IMG/VR virus record: IMGVR_UViG_3300016466_000153
Coordinates: 1-27,426 of that record
DNA from: a virus
Taxonomy: Duplodnaviria > Caudoviricetes
DNA: 27,426 nucleotides
Strand: one strand, 5' to 3'
A program made the position numbers and the translations under genes. The notes under the pieces were generated by a model, which saw only the letters and a list, made by a program, of their open reading frames with translations, did no database searches and was not told the origin of the DNA. This document shows positions 1 to 9,043 of this stretch, piece after piece (position 1 is the first letter of the stretch; each line of letters opens with the position of its first letter).

Positions 1-21
1 AATGTCGATGACAAGTTCCAC
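1..21 (-). CDS. Possible 5' end of DNA polymerase (truncated by the window edge)
   Basis: GTG at 21 reads MELVIDI, resembling an exonuclease I motif start. It has an AAGGA RBS upstream and lies downstream of primase/helicase. Only 7 codons are visible. Confidence 0.25.
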
Positions 22-90
22 TATGCCAATGTCCTTATGCTTGTGAGGATTTTGCACTAATCATATTAAACTTACTAATAATCCTTACGA

Positions 91-459
91 TCATGCGTTC
101 TTAATACCTCGTGCTCTGATTGCTGCCGCAGCTTCTTCTTTTGTAATCCATGCACCATTGCGTTCCATGTTTTCACACAGCACTGCACACGCCTCACGCT
201 CTTCGGTACGAATCTCCTCAAATATCTGGTCAAGGTTTGAGGAAATTTCTGGCTGCTCCCTTAGCTTGGCTTCAACTGACTTAGCAAACTGAGTGATTAC
301 CTCTTTGACTACAAGCTTTGTGTACTTACGAATCTCTTTATCATAGTTGCAATCCCAACATACAGTAGCATCCTCTGGTTTCCAAGGCTCGTCTTCCCAC
401 ATGCAGAACCCTGCTTTCTCAAGCAGCTTGAGCATCCTTTTCTCTTTTATTATTTTCAT
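91..459 (-). CDS. Hypothetical phage protein (C-terminal EREACA..C..AAAIRARG motif)
   Basis: ORF track 91..468. ATG at 459 overlaps the upstream stop (TAATG) and has a GAGG RBS. Confidence 0.7.
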   Translation of the reverse strand: MKIIKEKRMLKLLEKAGFCMWEDEPWKPEDATVCWDCNYDKEIRKYTKLVVKEVITQFAKSVEAKLREQPEISSNLDQIFEEIRTEEREACAVLCENMERNGAWITKEEAAAAIRARGIKNA

Positions 460-737
460 TACCGCCACCTCATATCAACTGCATTGGTCAAATTAAACGG
501 GTTGGTGTACAGATCACTGTGCTTCTTCTGCTCTGCAGGTTTCTTTCTGTTAGGCTTATATGACGAAAGATCACGGAAGTTAACAGAAGTTTTATACACA
601 ATACAGCCGGTCAGATCCATGTGCAACGCAGTTGCTTTGCCGTGTCTTTCCAGCAGCTTGCCCATCCTCCATGCCTTGTGCTTGGTGACACCGAAGTGCT
701 CCATCAGATCCTTTGAAGTGAACGTTTCTACTTGCAT
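459..737 (-). CDS. Hypothetical protein, possible winged-HTH DNA-binding
   Basis: AGGAGG RBS. FTSKDLMEHFGVTKHKAWR resembles an HTH. Confidence 0.6.
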   Translation of the reverse strand: MQVETFTSKDLMEHFGVTKHKAWRMGKLLERHGKATALHMDLTGCIVYKTSVNFRDLSSYKPNRKKPAEQKKHSDLYTNPFNLTNAVDMRWR

Positions 738-748
738 GCCATGCCTCC

Positions 749-1975
749 TTAAGATGAATAGACACCAGTCGTGTAATCGAACTCACAGTTTACTATCCTG
801 TGCATCCCGTTGATCTTGTTCTTTACAATGTTCAAGTACCGCATCCCATCATCACCGTCTGTCGAGTCTTGGAGTGGTGGGTTCCTAGAGATTAGTATCA
901 TAAGATCTGACTCACCTGCCAAGCCTGTCTTACTGCCTTCGATCATGGCCTGTGACAACACAATCTTACCCTCAGCCTCGGCACTTAGCTGTGTGCAGTA
1001 CACCACAAGACAGCCGTACATCTTGCCGATGTTACGGGCATAGATTGCATTTGCTTTGAGTGCCTCGTGGTTGTTAGTGGCAGCACCATCTTCTGCAAAC
1101 TTACTGCCAATGTCCATCACCACTACGTCAGGCTTGTGATTCTTTATCACTGACTCAGCCCAGTACATGTGCCTACCAGTTGCATCTACAAACTTTAAGT
1201 TGTCACGCAGTGGATCGTACAGCCTGTGTGCCTTAGACTTGTCAGCGACAATCTGTTGCATGGTCATGCCGGTGGCAGCAGTCATGTACCTACTAGCCAC
1301 ACGTTCAGGTTTCTCTTCGTTGCACAGCACCAGCACCTTTGCACCTTGGTGTGCCCAGCCATTAGGCCCAGCACACAACGTAGCATGGAAGCTGCTCTTA
1401 CCTACGTTTGACCTAGCACCAATGACAAACAGCATGCCACTGTCCAAGCCTTGGACTGCACTGTGCAAGCTGTGAATATTGAACTGCCACTTGGTGTTGT
1501 TAGCCGCACTGTCAATCAAGCTATCGATGCTAGTGTCTACATAGCTGATGCGGATACTAGGGGTGAAGTCATCTTGGTATGTCTCAAGGATCTTACGCAA
1601 TGGTTCCATTGTGTTCTGATCACCATTGACGTATTGAAATCCTAGGTTAGCAATCTCCTCACCGACAACCTGTCTGAACATGCTTGACAGTACGTCTTGT
1701 GCCACGTCAGCACCTATCTGCTCAGCCTTGTCTATCTTGTTGAACTGAAGTTCGTATGCCTGCTTCTGTGCAGTTGTTAATGTGGGATTGTGTGAAAAGA
1801 AAAGGGCTTGTACTTCATCAATCGACAAGTCCCTTTGGTAGTTGTCCATGGCTTGATCAATGACAACCTTGATCTTGCGTAGGTCTTTGGTAAACAGTTT
1901 GTCAGGGCACTTGTTGCCCCGGGTCTCATCGTAAAAGCTTTTGTTTAATAAACTCCTGAGTAACGCATGTTCCAA
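749..1975 (-). CDS. DnaB-like (SF4) replicative DNA helicase
   Basis: Walker A GARSNVGKSS, LCNEE motif, Walker B VVVMD, TQLS and IVKNK motifs; adjacent to primase. Confidence 0.92.
   Translation of the reverse strand: MEHALLRSLLNKSFYDETRGNKCPDKLFTKDLRKIKVVIDQAMDNYQRDLSIDEVQALFFSHNPTLTTAQKQAYELQFNKIDKAEQIGADVAQDVLSSMFRQVVGEEIANLGFQYVNGDQNTMEPLRKILETYQDDFTPSIRISYVDTSIDSLIDSAANNTKWQFNIHSLHSAVQGLDSGMLFVIGARSNVGKSSFHATLCAGPNGWAHQGAKVLVLCNEEKPERVASRYMTAATGMTMQQIVADKSKAHRLYDPLRDNLKFVDATGRHMYWAESVIKNHKPDVVVMDIGSKFAEDGAATNNHEALKANAIYARNIGKMYGCLVVYCTQLSAEAEGKIVLSQAMIEGSKTGLAGESDLMILISRNPPLQDSTDGDDGMRYLNIVKNKINGMHRIVNCEFDYTTGVYSS
1094..1110 (-). promoter_or_regulatory. Intragenic sigma54-like -24/-12 match
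   Basis: TTGGCAGTAAGTTTGCA (GG-N10-GC). It may be imposed by the DIGSKFA codons. Confidence 0.2.
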
Positions 1976-1976
1976 G

Positions 1977-2747
1977 TCATACTCCTATTAGCTGTTTAAG
2001 AATTCCGATGTCCTCATCGGTTCGGTACTTGAGGTCATCATACAGCTTAAGTGCGTACACGTCAATGCCTTCACTGCGTAACTCACGGGAGTAAGCAAGT
2101 GTCTTGTCTGCAGCATCAGGATCTAGTGCCACCACCACCTTGAAGTACTTCTTCAATGCAGTCTTGTATTCATCCAGCAACTGTGTGCCTAGCAAAGCAA
2201 ACCCTGTGCCACCCAATGACTCAACCACAGCAGCACTGATTGCATCCTCAACTACCACAGCCACGTTGCTCTCTGATCCTCTGACGTACGGGACACGGGC
2301 AGTACCATACCTTCTCCACTTGGGTACAACACCAGCCTTAGTTGCTCTACCAATTGCATCTACAATCTTGCCTTGCCATACAGTTGGGAAAACAATCCTG
2401 TCCTCCTTGACATCGTAGCGTAGGTCGAGTGCCTCAGGGTCAATGCCGTACTTATCTCGGTACTGATTTAAGTACTCAGGTCGGTATATCACCCACTCAG
2501 GAAACTTAAACTCAGGCAGTTCAACAAACTCCTCTTGCCTGTGCATGGCACGTTTGATGTCAGACACAGACATGCCTACATTCATAGCACCTGATACATC
2601 ACAGCTATTGGAATAGCAATTCCATAGCAGCTTGCCCATCTGATTGACAGCAGTAAAGGTGCTTGATCTTTTGCAGACAGGACACGGGCCACGCCACACT
2701 TCACCCATGCCTAAGTCTAGGTCAGTGACAAATTGTTTTGGATTCAT
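1977..2747 (-). CDS. DNA primase (zinc finger + TOPRIM)
   Basis: CPVC...CYSNSC zinc-binding domain; TOPRIM motifs VVEDAISA and ALDPDA. Confidence 0.9.
   Translation of the reverse strand: MNPKQFVTDLDLGMGEVWRGPCPVCKRSSTFTAVNQMGKLLWNCYSNSCDVSGAMNVGMSVSDIKRAMHRQEEFVELPEFKFPEWVIYRPEYLNQYRDKYGIDPEALDLRYDVKEDRIVFPTVWQGKIVDAIGRATKAGVVPKWRRYGTARVPYVRGSESNVAVVVEDAISAAVVESLGGTGFALLGTQLLDEYKTALKKYFKVVVALDPDAADKTLAYSRELRSEGIDVYALKLYDDLKYRTDEDIGILKQLIGV
2196..2212 (-). promoter_or_regulatory. Intragenic sigma54-like -24/-12 match upstream of helicase
   Basis: GTGGCACAGGGTTTGCT matches TGGCAC-N5-TTGCW exactly, about 220 bp upstream of the helicase start. Confidence 0.3.
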
Positions 2748-2890
2748 TTGGTAGCCATGAAGTAGAGACCTACGTTACTGAATGCGTACCCACTGTACAC
2801 AATCATCATGGAGATGTTGCCCTTGAGACCTTGCTCACCGGCAATGTATGCATAGATTAAACCGGTCACTATGATGAGCCATGCTGACAT
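2744..2890 (-). CDS. Small hydrophobic membrane protein (48 aa)
   Basis: Read manually: MSAWLIIVTGLIYAYIAGEQGLKGNISMMIVYSGYAFSNVGLYFMATK. AAGGA RBS; ATGA overlap with primase. Confidence 0.75.
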   Translation of the reverse strand: MSAWLIIVTGLIYAYIAGEQGLKGNISMMIVYSGYAFSNVGLYFMATK

Positions 2891-2916
2891 TTGGATTCCT
2901 TATATCACTTGTAATG

Positions 2917-3819
2917 TTACCCCTGCCGGTGTGCAAAGCGGAGCGTAGCAGCTTGTTGTGCACTTGTCAAGGTATTTTTTAAATAGGGTTTGACTGACTG
3001 AGGATTCGCATGGCCTGTGATCGACATGATCTGAGGCAGGGGGACACCGGCATCAACCATCTCCACTGTGCCAGTCCTACGCATGTCCATGATTTGCAGT
3101 TCCTCTGGCATACCTGCAGCCCTGAGCACCCTACGTGCAGCCATGGACAGTGCATGCTTTGAGTACGGCTCAGACAGTACCCGTTTGCCATGGCAGACAG
3201 GGGCTACGTACTGCTGAAACCCCATGTCATCCTGCTGTTGCACCAGCATCTCATGCAACTCGTCTGTGGTTGGCAGTTCTACCCTAGCCCTACGTTTAGA
3301 TTGCTCTAAATATAATACCCGTTTCTCAAAGTCGTACTTGTCCCATGTCAGGTTAGCCATGTCACCCAGCCTCTGACACCACTCGTATGCCATCTGTACA
3401 ATCAGGCCCACAGAACGCCATTTAAACTCGCTGTATGCCGTTGTGAGGAAGAGGTTGATATCCTCCCTTGTCCACACCACTTTGCGGGGTCTGTGTGGCC
3501 TTCTAGATACCTTGCTGAAGGGGTTTGTAGGTACATGTCCTAACTGGATTGCAAAGTTCCATAGCTTACTGCTCACAGCTAGGGTATGGTTGGCAAAAGA
3601 TACCCCCCTCTCTGCCCATATGTTGTAAGCAGCCTGTGCATTTGGGGGTGTGATGGTTGTGATGTTGGCTACTGCAAACTTAACACGTGGCAATTCGGTA
3701 GCCAGCATTGTGTCAATGCAGTACTTGTAATCTTTCTGTGTGACAGGGGCTAGGGATCTGTAGTCTAGGGACAGGTAATACTCAGCTACAACGTCTGTAA
3801 TCTTTGTACCCTTCGGCAT
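2917..3819 (-). CDS. int: Tyrosine recombinase / phage integrase
   Basis: SAM-like core-binding region; catalytic R (CQRLGD), K (QSKRR), MDMRRT (HxxR position), TGH and Y (KPY). Confidence 0.9.
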   Translation of the reverse strand: MPKGTKITDVVAEYYLSLDYRSLAPVTQKDYKYCIDTMLATELPRVKFAVANITTITPPNAQAAYNIWAERGVSFANHTLAVSSKLWNFAIQLGHVPTNPFSKVSRRPHRPRKVVWTREDINLFLTTAYSEFKWRSVGLIVQMAYEWCQRLGDMANLTWDKYDFEKRVLYLEQSKRRARVELPTTDELHEMLVQQQDDMGFQQYVAPVCHGKRVLSEPYSKHALSMAARRVLRAAGMPEELQIMDMRRTGTVEMVDAGVPLPQIMSITGHANPQSVKPYLKNTLTSAQQAATLRFAHRQG

Positions 3820-3831
3820 ACAGTACCCCTA

Positions 3832-4050
3832 TCAAAGTACATCTTTTAACTGCTTGTTTTCCAGTGCAGTGCTTAGGTCTGCAATCAAAGTCTCGTCTGT
3901 GCTCCCATACCTCAGGGCACGGAGTGAACGGGTGCAAAGATTGCGTAGCTTGTACACCTCTGTCTCAGTCCAGTCTGCATCACAGGCACACTCCATCCTA
4001 GCCCAAGCACTACAGGTGCAACCCATTCCCGGGTAGTAATCGATTGGCAT
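3832..4050 (-). CDS. Hypothetical protein with CTC..ECAC motif
   Basis: ORF in operon; GGAGG RBS. Confidence 0.65.
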   Translation of the reverse strand: MPIDYYPGMGCTCSAWARMECACDADWTETEVYKLRNLCTRSLRALRYGSTDETLIADLSTALENKQLKDVL

Positions 4051-4293
4051 CTATTTTCCCTCCGGCATCTCGCCTTGTTTAGTTGCCCACAAAGATACGC
4101 ATGCCATCTCCAAGTCCATCGATGGCCTGTGAGTACGCAGTGCATGCTTGTAACCTAGGTCATATGCTTCGACTAGGTTGGCTGCTGTCTCTCCACTACG
4201 CAGTACCCATATTATTTGTACAACACTGGCACCAATCAGGAATCCTGCGATGATGGTGTGGACTGCTTGGCTGTGTAGCCATTCTCTGCCCAT
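4051..4293 (-). CDS. Hypothetical membrane protein
   Basis: GGAGG RBS; N-terminal hydrophobic segment. Confidence 0.65.
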   Translation of the reverse strand: MGREWLHSQAVHTIIAGFLIGASVVQIIWVLRSGETAANLVEAYDLGYKHALRTHRPSMDLEMACVSLWATKQGEMPEGK

Positions 4294-4499
4294 GCTACCT
4301 CCTGTTCAAGTAATTTGATTCGCCTCTCCATGCTATCGACATTTAGATTATCGTAGATAGTATTGGCAAAGTTAAGTAGGAACTCACCTAGGTCTAGCCT
4401 AGCACCACCATCCTCCTCCTCATGTATGTGCATCTTCTTGTCTGACTCAGGCATTGAGTCCATGATCAAGTTGATGTCATCCAAAGTAAACTTAGCCAC
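4236..4499 (-). CDS. Hypothetical protein
   Basis: GTG start with GGAG RBS. Confidence 0.6.
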   Translation of the reverse strand: MAKFTLDDINLIMDSMPESDKKMHIHEEEDGGARLDLGEFLLNFANTIYDNLNVDSMERRIKLLEQEVAWAENGYTAKQSTPSSQDS

Positions 4500-4501
4500 A
4501 A

Positions 4502-4609
4502 TTAATCTCCCAGTCTAGATATCCAAAGGGCAATGCCTGCCACAATCAGTAAGCCAATAGTATCCCTGACGATTACGTATGCAACGTAATTGATTTCCAT
4601 AAAAGACAT
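4502..4609 (-). CDS. Small hydrophobic peptide (35 aa)
   Basis: Read manually: MSFMEINYVAYVIVRDTIGLLIVAGIALWISRLGD; GGGGAG RBS. Confidence 0.5.
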   Translation of the reverse strand: MSFMEINYVAYVIVRDTIGLLIVAGIALWISRLGD

Positions 4610-4697
4610 AACCACTCCCCTGTTGGATTGCACAAAAACTATATACGTTGTAAAAAAATTCACAGAAAACGTGAAGAGTGCACAACTTTATATAGTG

Positions 4698-4789
4698 GAT
4701 GCTGGTTACGATAATCCAGCGTTGGTGCCCCCCGTTTTACACGGAGCTTAGTGGGTGCCTTGCACCACACTTCCAACCGATCAAGCATC
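4698..4789 (-). ncRNA. Candidate multi-branch structured RNA
   Basis: Five complementary segment pairs in 92 nt, immediately after the DUF932 stop codon. Confidence 0.4.
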
Positions 4790-4798
4790 TTATGTTAC

Positions 4799-5680
4799 CT
4801 AAGCAGCCAGTGCAAACTCAGGCATGAACAACTGCTGGTAGGCATCAGACTGCATGACAGCATGGATGTCAGTCTCCATACGGATACGCTTACGCTCAAG
4901 GTCAGTGCCTGCACGGCCTTCGATGTGAGTACTGAGGTGAGTCAGCGTATTGTAAACACGATAAGCATTGTCACCGATGCTGTTGTAGTTATCGTAGATA
5001 CCAACAATCTGATCAAGCCACTTCTTGTTGACCTTCATGCCGGTACGGGTTGGGTACGTAGCCACGTGGCTCTCAAAGAACTTGACCACAGTCTCACGAT
5101 TGACACGGACGTTACGCATCTGTGCCATCATCTCAGCCTGTTGCTCAAGTTGGATGGGGAAGTTAGCGGCCACTTTGCCAACAGTCTCAGGGTCTGAGTA
5201 CGTCGTGTGCTTCTGACTGATACCGACACGCTCACGGGGTGCAATCATTCCGTTCAAGCAGGCAAGGCGGTAGATCATGGCCTCGACTTGACGCTTGACA
5301 GACTGGTCGTGTGAGTCACGTACATTCATCTGCATCTTAGCAGCCTCACCAAGCTTCTTCTCAAAGTCGTACTTGTTGAGGATGATCTTGGCTGAGAATG
5401 CTGCACCATCTGCAATGCTGGAGAACGATACCTCGGCATGGCTGGTGTCAATGTCGGCAAGTGCCAAGCCCTCACGCAGGTTGTCCCACATGGTACGGAA
5501 GTTGGCAGTGCGGTGCACAGAACGTGAGTCACCAATGACTACGTCAGTGACAGGGTTGACCACCCAGAAGCGGTCAGCCAGTGCAATACCATTGCGGATC
5601 TGTGGCTCACGTGCTGGTTCGAAGTCGAGGTCAGCAGGCAGGGCAGGCAGGATGTCGTTGAGTTGTGCTTCGGTCATCAT
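4799..5680 (-). CDS. DUF932-family protein
   Basis: VRDSHDQS and YRLACLNGM motifs, NAYRVYNTLTH C-terminal motif; AAGGAG RBS. Confidence 0.75.
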   Translation of the reverse strand: MMTEAQLNDILPALPADLDFEPAREPQIRNGIALADRFWVVNPVTDVVIGDSRSVHRTANFRTMWDNLREGLALADIDTSHAEVSFSSIADGAAFSAKIILNKYDFEKKLGEAAKMQMNVRDSHDQSVKRQVEAMIYRLACLNGMIAPRERVGISQKHTTYSDPETVGKVAANFPIQLEQQAEMMAQMRNVRVNRETVVKFFESHVATYPTRTGMKVNKKWLDQIVGIYDNYNSIGDNAYRVYNTLTHLSTHIEGRAGTDLERKRIRMETDIHAVMQSDAYQQLFMPEFALAA

Positions 5681-5685
5681 GGGTA

Positions 5686-6105
5686 TTACTCCTTAAAGGA
5701 AAGTTTGTTTGGAATAGAACTGCTGTGTGGAGCAAACGACTCTACCTCTACGGGTAGTTTGTAGGTACGGCTTAGGTACTGAAAGAAACTTACAGGTGAT
5801 TGCTTGTGTGTCTCAAATGAAATCATCAGTGCATCAGATACAGGGCAGTCGGCATAGTGCCACCGGCTGACAGTCTTTGTGGGACAGTTAGGTGCAGTCC
5901 AGCCCAGTGCTTCAAAGGGCATGGGTTTGTAGGTACTAAATGCCTGCTTGACCGGGGCATACTGTGCCTCATTGCCGATGAGTCTAATGTTGTGGTGAAT
6001 CCATTCATGGTTAGCGATATCCTCCAGCCCTCCCAACCAGTTACGAGGTCGGGCATGGGGGTGATCAGGTACGATGACCTTGGTTTGAACGAAGGGTTTG
6101 AACAT
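5686..6105 (-). CDS. Hypothetical protein, weakly DUF1281/YubB-like
   Basis: NHEWIHHNIRLIG and ISFET..SP..FFQYL resemble the family motifs as recalled. Confidence 0.45.
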   Translation of the reverse strand: MFKPFVQTKVIVPDHPHARPRNWLGGLEDIANHEWIHHNIRLIGNEAQYAPVKQAFSTYKPMPFEALGWTAPNCPTKTVSRWHYADCPVSDALMISFETHKQSPVSFFQYLSRTYKLPVEVESFAPHSSSIPNKLSFKE

Positions 6106-6298
6106 TCCATCCTTTCCCTATGTGCCTTGCTGGTGTAGACCTAGCCCAGTACAAACTGTACCTGCCTAGGTGCAAGGCGTTGAACACTGTGCCCGGTATT
6201 GCAGACTCCAAGCACACCCCTCGGTCTTTACGTACCCGTCTACGGAATATGACAGGCAGCAGACCGAACAACTTAAAACGTTTTTCGTAGTACCTCAT
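6065..6298 (-). CDS. Hypothetical basic protein
   Basis: ATG at 6298 with GGAG RBS (MRYYEKRFKL...). Confidence 0.55.
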   Translation of the reverse strand: MRYYEKRFKLFGLLPVIFRRRVRKDRGVCLESAIPGTVFNALHLGRYSLYWARSTPARHIGKGWNVQTLRSNQGHRT

Positions 6299-6423
6299 GG
6301 CGATTCTCCCATTATCATCACAAGTACCAGCAGTGCATACAACGGCACTAGCAGGGCACAAGACAGTAAGATCATAGCAATTGTGTCCACAAAAGGCAAG
6401 TACTTCGGATTGATTTTAAACAT
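6295..6423 (-). CDS. Small membrane peptide (42 aa)
   Basis: Read manually: MFKINPKYLPFVDTIAMILLSCALLVPLYALLVLVMIMGESP. GAGG RBS; ATGA overlap with the next gene. Confidence 0.6.
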   Translation of the reverse strand: MFKINPKYLPFVDTIAMILLSCALLVPLYALLVLVMIMGESP

Positions 6424-6781
6424 AGGCAGTCACCTCTTTGTTACCTGCAAGATACACAAAGTTGGCACTACCTGCCTTGGCTTCTGTGCCTTTGTACACA
6501 AACGAGTCGTACTTGTACGGGTTGTAGGTGACAGGAGCACCCATGCTCATGGGTATCCAGTTGGCAGTTGACTCATCCAACATACCCACAACACCGGCAT
6601 GGACATTCTTCTTCTGCTCACGCAGGACACGTTGCCTGCCTGCCTCAGAGACTTTGAACGTGCAGTTCCAGAGTGTGACTGCCTTGGCATGATAGATCAC
6701 CCTACCTTTGAGGTTACCCTCAAGGGCTTTGACTGACCAGCAGTCCCGGTGCAGATTTCTGTAGGCAAAAACTTTAAGCAT
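6416..6781 (-). CDS. Conserved phage early protein of unknown function
   Basis: YRNLH..CWSVK and SEAGRQRVLREQKKNVHAGV motifs; AAGGAG RBS. Confidence 0.75.
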   Translation of the reverse strand: MLKVFAYRNLHRDCWSVKALEGNLKGRVIYHAKAVTLWNCTFKVSEAGRQRVLREQKKNVHAGVVGMLDESTANWIPMSMGAPVTYNPYKYDSFVYKGTEAKAGSANFVYLAGNKEVTAYV

Positions 6782-6792
6782 GGCGTGTCTCC

Positions 6793-7263
6793 TTACCAAC
6801 TGGATTGATAGTAAAATTCCCAGCACTCCGGTGCATTGATGGCACGTAGCAGGATCTTGAGGGTGCGCTCAAGGTCTTTGAAATAGTACTCGTCAATTTC
6901 TATGCTGCCGAAGAAGCACCCACTGACTGGGGGCAGTAACTCCAGTGCCCTACGGATACGATCTCTTTCGTCCTGTGTTTCAAGCACATCAGTCACAGTC
7001 TCAAGCAGGTGCAACAACTGGTCACGGGATACCCTATGTTCTTGGCATTCGTCCTCCCCATTCTGTACGTTCATAACGAACCAATTGTGGATGGCATTTG
7101 ACTTGCGCCAATAGCCTGCCTCACATATCACCTGCTGTACTTCCCACTTGGGATAGGGCAGGTTGATTGCCTTGGCAATTGCCTCCTTGGCAGGCATATC
7201 ATCCTTGGTTACAGCGTCAGACCAAAGCCAACGTTTTGCTTTGAGATACATATCCAAGCCCAT
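6793..7263 (-). CDS. Conserved phage protein (MGLDMYL / YWRKxNxIHxWF family)
   Basis: Characteristic motifs and C-terminal YYQSSW. Confidence 0.78.
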   Translation of the reverse strand: MGLDMYLKAKRWLWSDAVTKDDMPAKEAIAKAINLPYPKWEVQQVICEAGYWRKSNAIHNWFVMNVQNGEDECQEHRVSRDQLLHLLETVTDVLETQDERDRIRRALELLPPVSGCFFGSIEIDEYYFKDLERTLKILLRAINAPECWEFYYQSSW

Positions 7264-7265
7264 GA

Positions 7266-7508
7266 TCACTTCTCCTGTGTAGTTGCGTTGCCAATGATTG
7301 TGTGCATATCCCGTTCAAGGCGGGTGAGGAATTCTTTGTAGAGCATCAGCAGTCTACTGCTGTCTGCGTCATTCAGAGTCTCGTCTATCACCCACATATT
7401 CTGTACGTCTAGTAAAACTTTCTTGGCTAAGTTCTCGCAGTAAGCCACGTCCTCTTGGGCTGTCTTGAGTTTAGCCATAAGTTCATCATGCTGGGCTGGG
7501 AGTTGCAT
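7266..7508 (-). CDS. Hypothetical protein
   Basis: AAGGAG RBS; operon packing. Confidence 0.6.
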   Translation of the reverse strand: MQLPAQHDELMAKLKTAQEDVAYCENLAKKVLLDVQNMWVIDETLNDADSSRLLMLYKEFLTRLERDMHTIIGNATTQEK

Positions 7509-7695
7509 CTAGTTTCTCCTTACGTTGCAGGTAGAGTTTGTACTGCTTGGGGGTGTACCTAGATATGATAGTTATGCTGGGGCTGTCATTATTCATATAC
7601 TCCAGCCACCTATCAAAACTGGCATAGTCCAGTGCCTCTTGTTTGCTGGTGAACTTGTGGTTACAACCCTGTACTACATAGATGTACCTACTCAT
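7486..7695 (-). CDS. Hypothetical protein
   Basis: GGAG RBS; ATGA overlap. Confidence 0.6.
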   Translation of the reverse strand: MSRYIYVVQGCNHKFTSKQEALDYASFDRWLEYMNNDSPSITIISRYTPKQYKLYLQRKEKLDATPSPA

Positions 7696-7913
7696 GTCTC
7701 TCCTTCCATACGACGCATATACTCTGCGCCATCTAGTGCATCTGCAAAGAATGACAGGACTACCCGCTTGCCATCAGGCGGTGCATAGTTTGCAGCCACA
7801 ATCATAAGTGCAAGGCAGCACTCATAAGGTGTGTAGTCCATGCCGTTGAGTAACTCAGACAACAGCGTACTGAGTTGCCTGATGTTCTCTTCACGCTGTT
7901 GTTGTGAGGACAT
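7692..7913 (-). CDS. Hypothetical protein
   Basis: GGGAG RBS. Confidence 0.6.
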   Translation of the reverse strand: MSSQQQREENIRQLSTLLSELLNGMDYTPYECCLALMIVAANYAPPDGKRVVLSFFADALDGAEYMRRMEGET

Positions 7914-7915
7914 AA

Positions 7916-8260
7916 TTAACTCCCAAGTACTAGGTGTAAAGTGGTCACGCCATCGGGGCTGGTCTCCCCTTTGTAGACACCCTCAAAGAATGCATGGTGG
8001 GCATCCTTTGTGCATTTCATAGACCGCTTGGCACAGTTGTACAGCCTACCCCATGTGGGGTTTGTCAGTACGTCTGAGACATAGGCGTGGCTGTCTTCAC
8101 CTCCGAAGTACTCAGCAGCAGGTACATATGCTCTGTACTTGCCTTCGAATGCAACCACGTTACGCTTCATCACGTATCCGTAATCGTCCCGTCGAACCTT
8201 CGACACTAGACTTGGGTCTCTGTCGAGGGTGGATTCACTCACATGTACACTGTAGATCAT
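7916..8260 (-). CDS. Hypothetical protein
   Basis: ATG at 8260 with GGAGG RBS; DAHHAFFEG motif. Confidence 0.65.
   Translation of the reverse strand: MIYSVHVSESTLDRDPSLVSKVRRDDYGYVMKRNVVAFEGKYRAYVPAAEYFGGEDSHAYVSDVLTNPTWGRLYNCAKRSMKCTKDAHHAFFEGVYKGETSPDGVTTLHLVLGS
8190..8205. promoter_or_regulatory. Palindromic operator-like site, copy 1 (intragenic)
   Basis: CGTCGAACCTTCGACA followed by CTAG; one mismatch to consensus. Confidence 0.6.
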
Positions 8261-8646
8261 GCTACCTCCAGTTTTAGGTTGGCGAAGTACATATCCTGTA
8301 AGTCTTTGAGTCGTACTGCAAAGGGCCACTCAGGGTTATCAGGCCATAGGTTTTTCCCCAGTGCCTGACTCATACGCAAGGCTGTGAGTATGTCAGAAAT
8401 CACAGTGCTACGCACATCTTTGTCTGTATACACAGGGATGGATACGCAACTATTTGCCCAGTCAAATTTCAATGGGTCACCAGTCCATATCAACAGCCCG
8501 TTGTCCGTAGACGAGGGGTCGAAGATATCCCGGATGGAATGATCGGCAATCGCTACGTCACCACGTACATTGATGTACAGAAAGTGGGTGTAGTAACGCT
8601 TGGCCTCAGCCCTGTTAATGATGTGCCACTTATTACTCTTCGTCAT
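8257..8646 (-). CDS. Hypothetical protein
   Basis: ATG at 8646 with AGGAG RBS. Confidence 0.6.
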   Translation of the reverse strand: MTKSNKWHIINRAEAKRYYTHFLYINVRGDVAIADHSIRDIFDPSSTDNGLLIWTGDPLKFDWANSCVSIPVYTDKDVRSTVISDILTALRMSQALGKNLWPDNPEWPFAVRLKDLQDMYFANLKLEVA

Positions 8647-9043
8647 CTTCGTACTCCTCTTCTTCTTGCTCGTCACGTGGGTCGGTATCAATGGACACAT
8701 GTCCAAATGTGATTACTGCATTCTCTTTGTAGCAGGGAAACTCTGCATCAAACTTGGCAATGATGCTGCCCTCAAAGCCTTCGAAGTCATCCTTTACTTC
8801 GACGCATCCCAGTGTGCCTGAGTCTACGAAGTAACGTCTGCCCATGAAGTCATGGTAACAACCATCCCCGTAGGCAGTGCCAAAGATTACAAAGTTGCGC
8901 CCATCTTTCAGGGTAAACTTGCCGTCATATCCCCGATCAAGGGAGGACAGGATACTGCACACCTCATCCCATACCTCATCCCGTAGGACGTAGCACAGGT
9001 CACCGATGTAATACCTGCCAGCAGGCATTGTAATGTCAGTCAT
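8633..9043 (-). CDS. Conserved phage protein (YYIGDLCYV...TAYGDG...VDSG family)
   Basis: Recognisable motif set and acidic tail. Confidence 0.75.
   Translation of the reverse strand: MTDITMPAGRYYIGDLCYVLRDEVWDEVCSILSSLDRGYDGKFTLKDGRNFVIFGTAYGDGCYHDFMGRRYFVDSGTLGCVEVKDDFEGFEGSIIAKFDAEFPCYKENAVITFGHVSIDTDPRDEQEEEEYEDDEE

Noticed and set aside
3810-3816. CCTTCGG at the integrase start as a triloop hairpin
   Set aside because: No extended stem; isolated occurrence.
4698-4789. tRNA or attP at the multi-stem element
   Set aside because: No TTCRA T-loop, canonical D-arm or CCA end.
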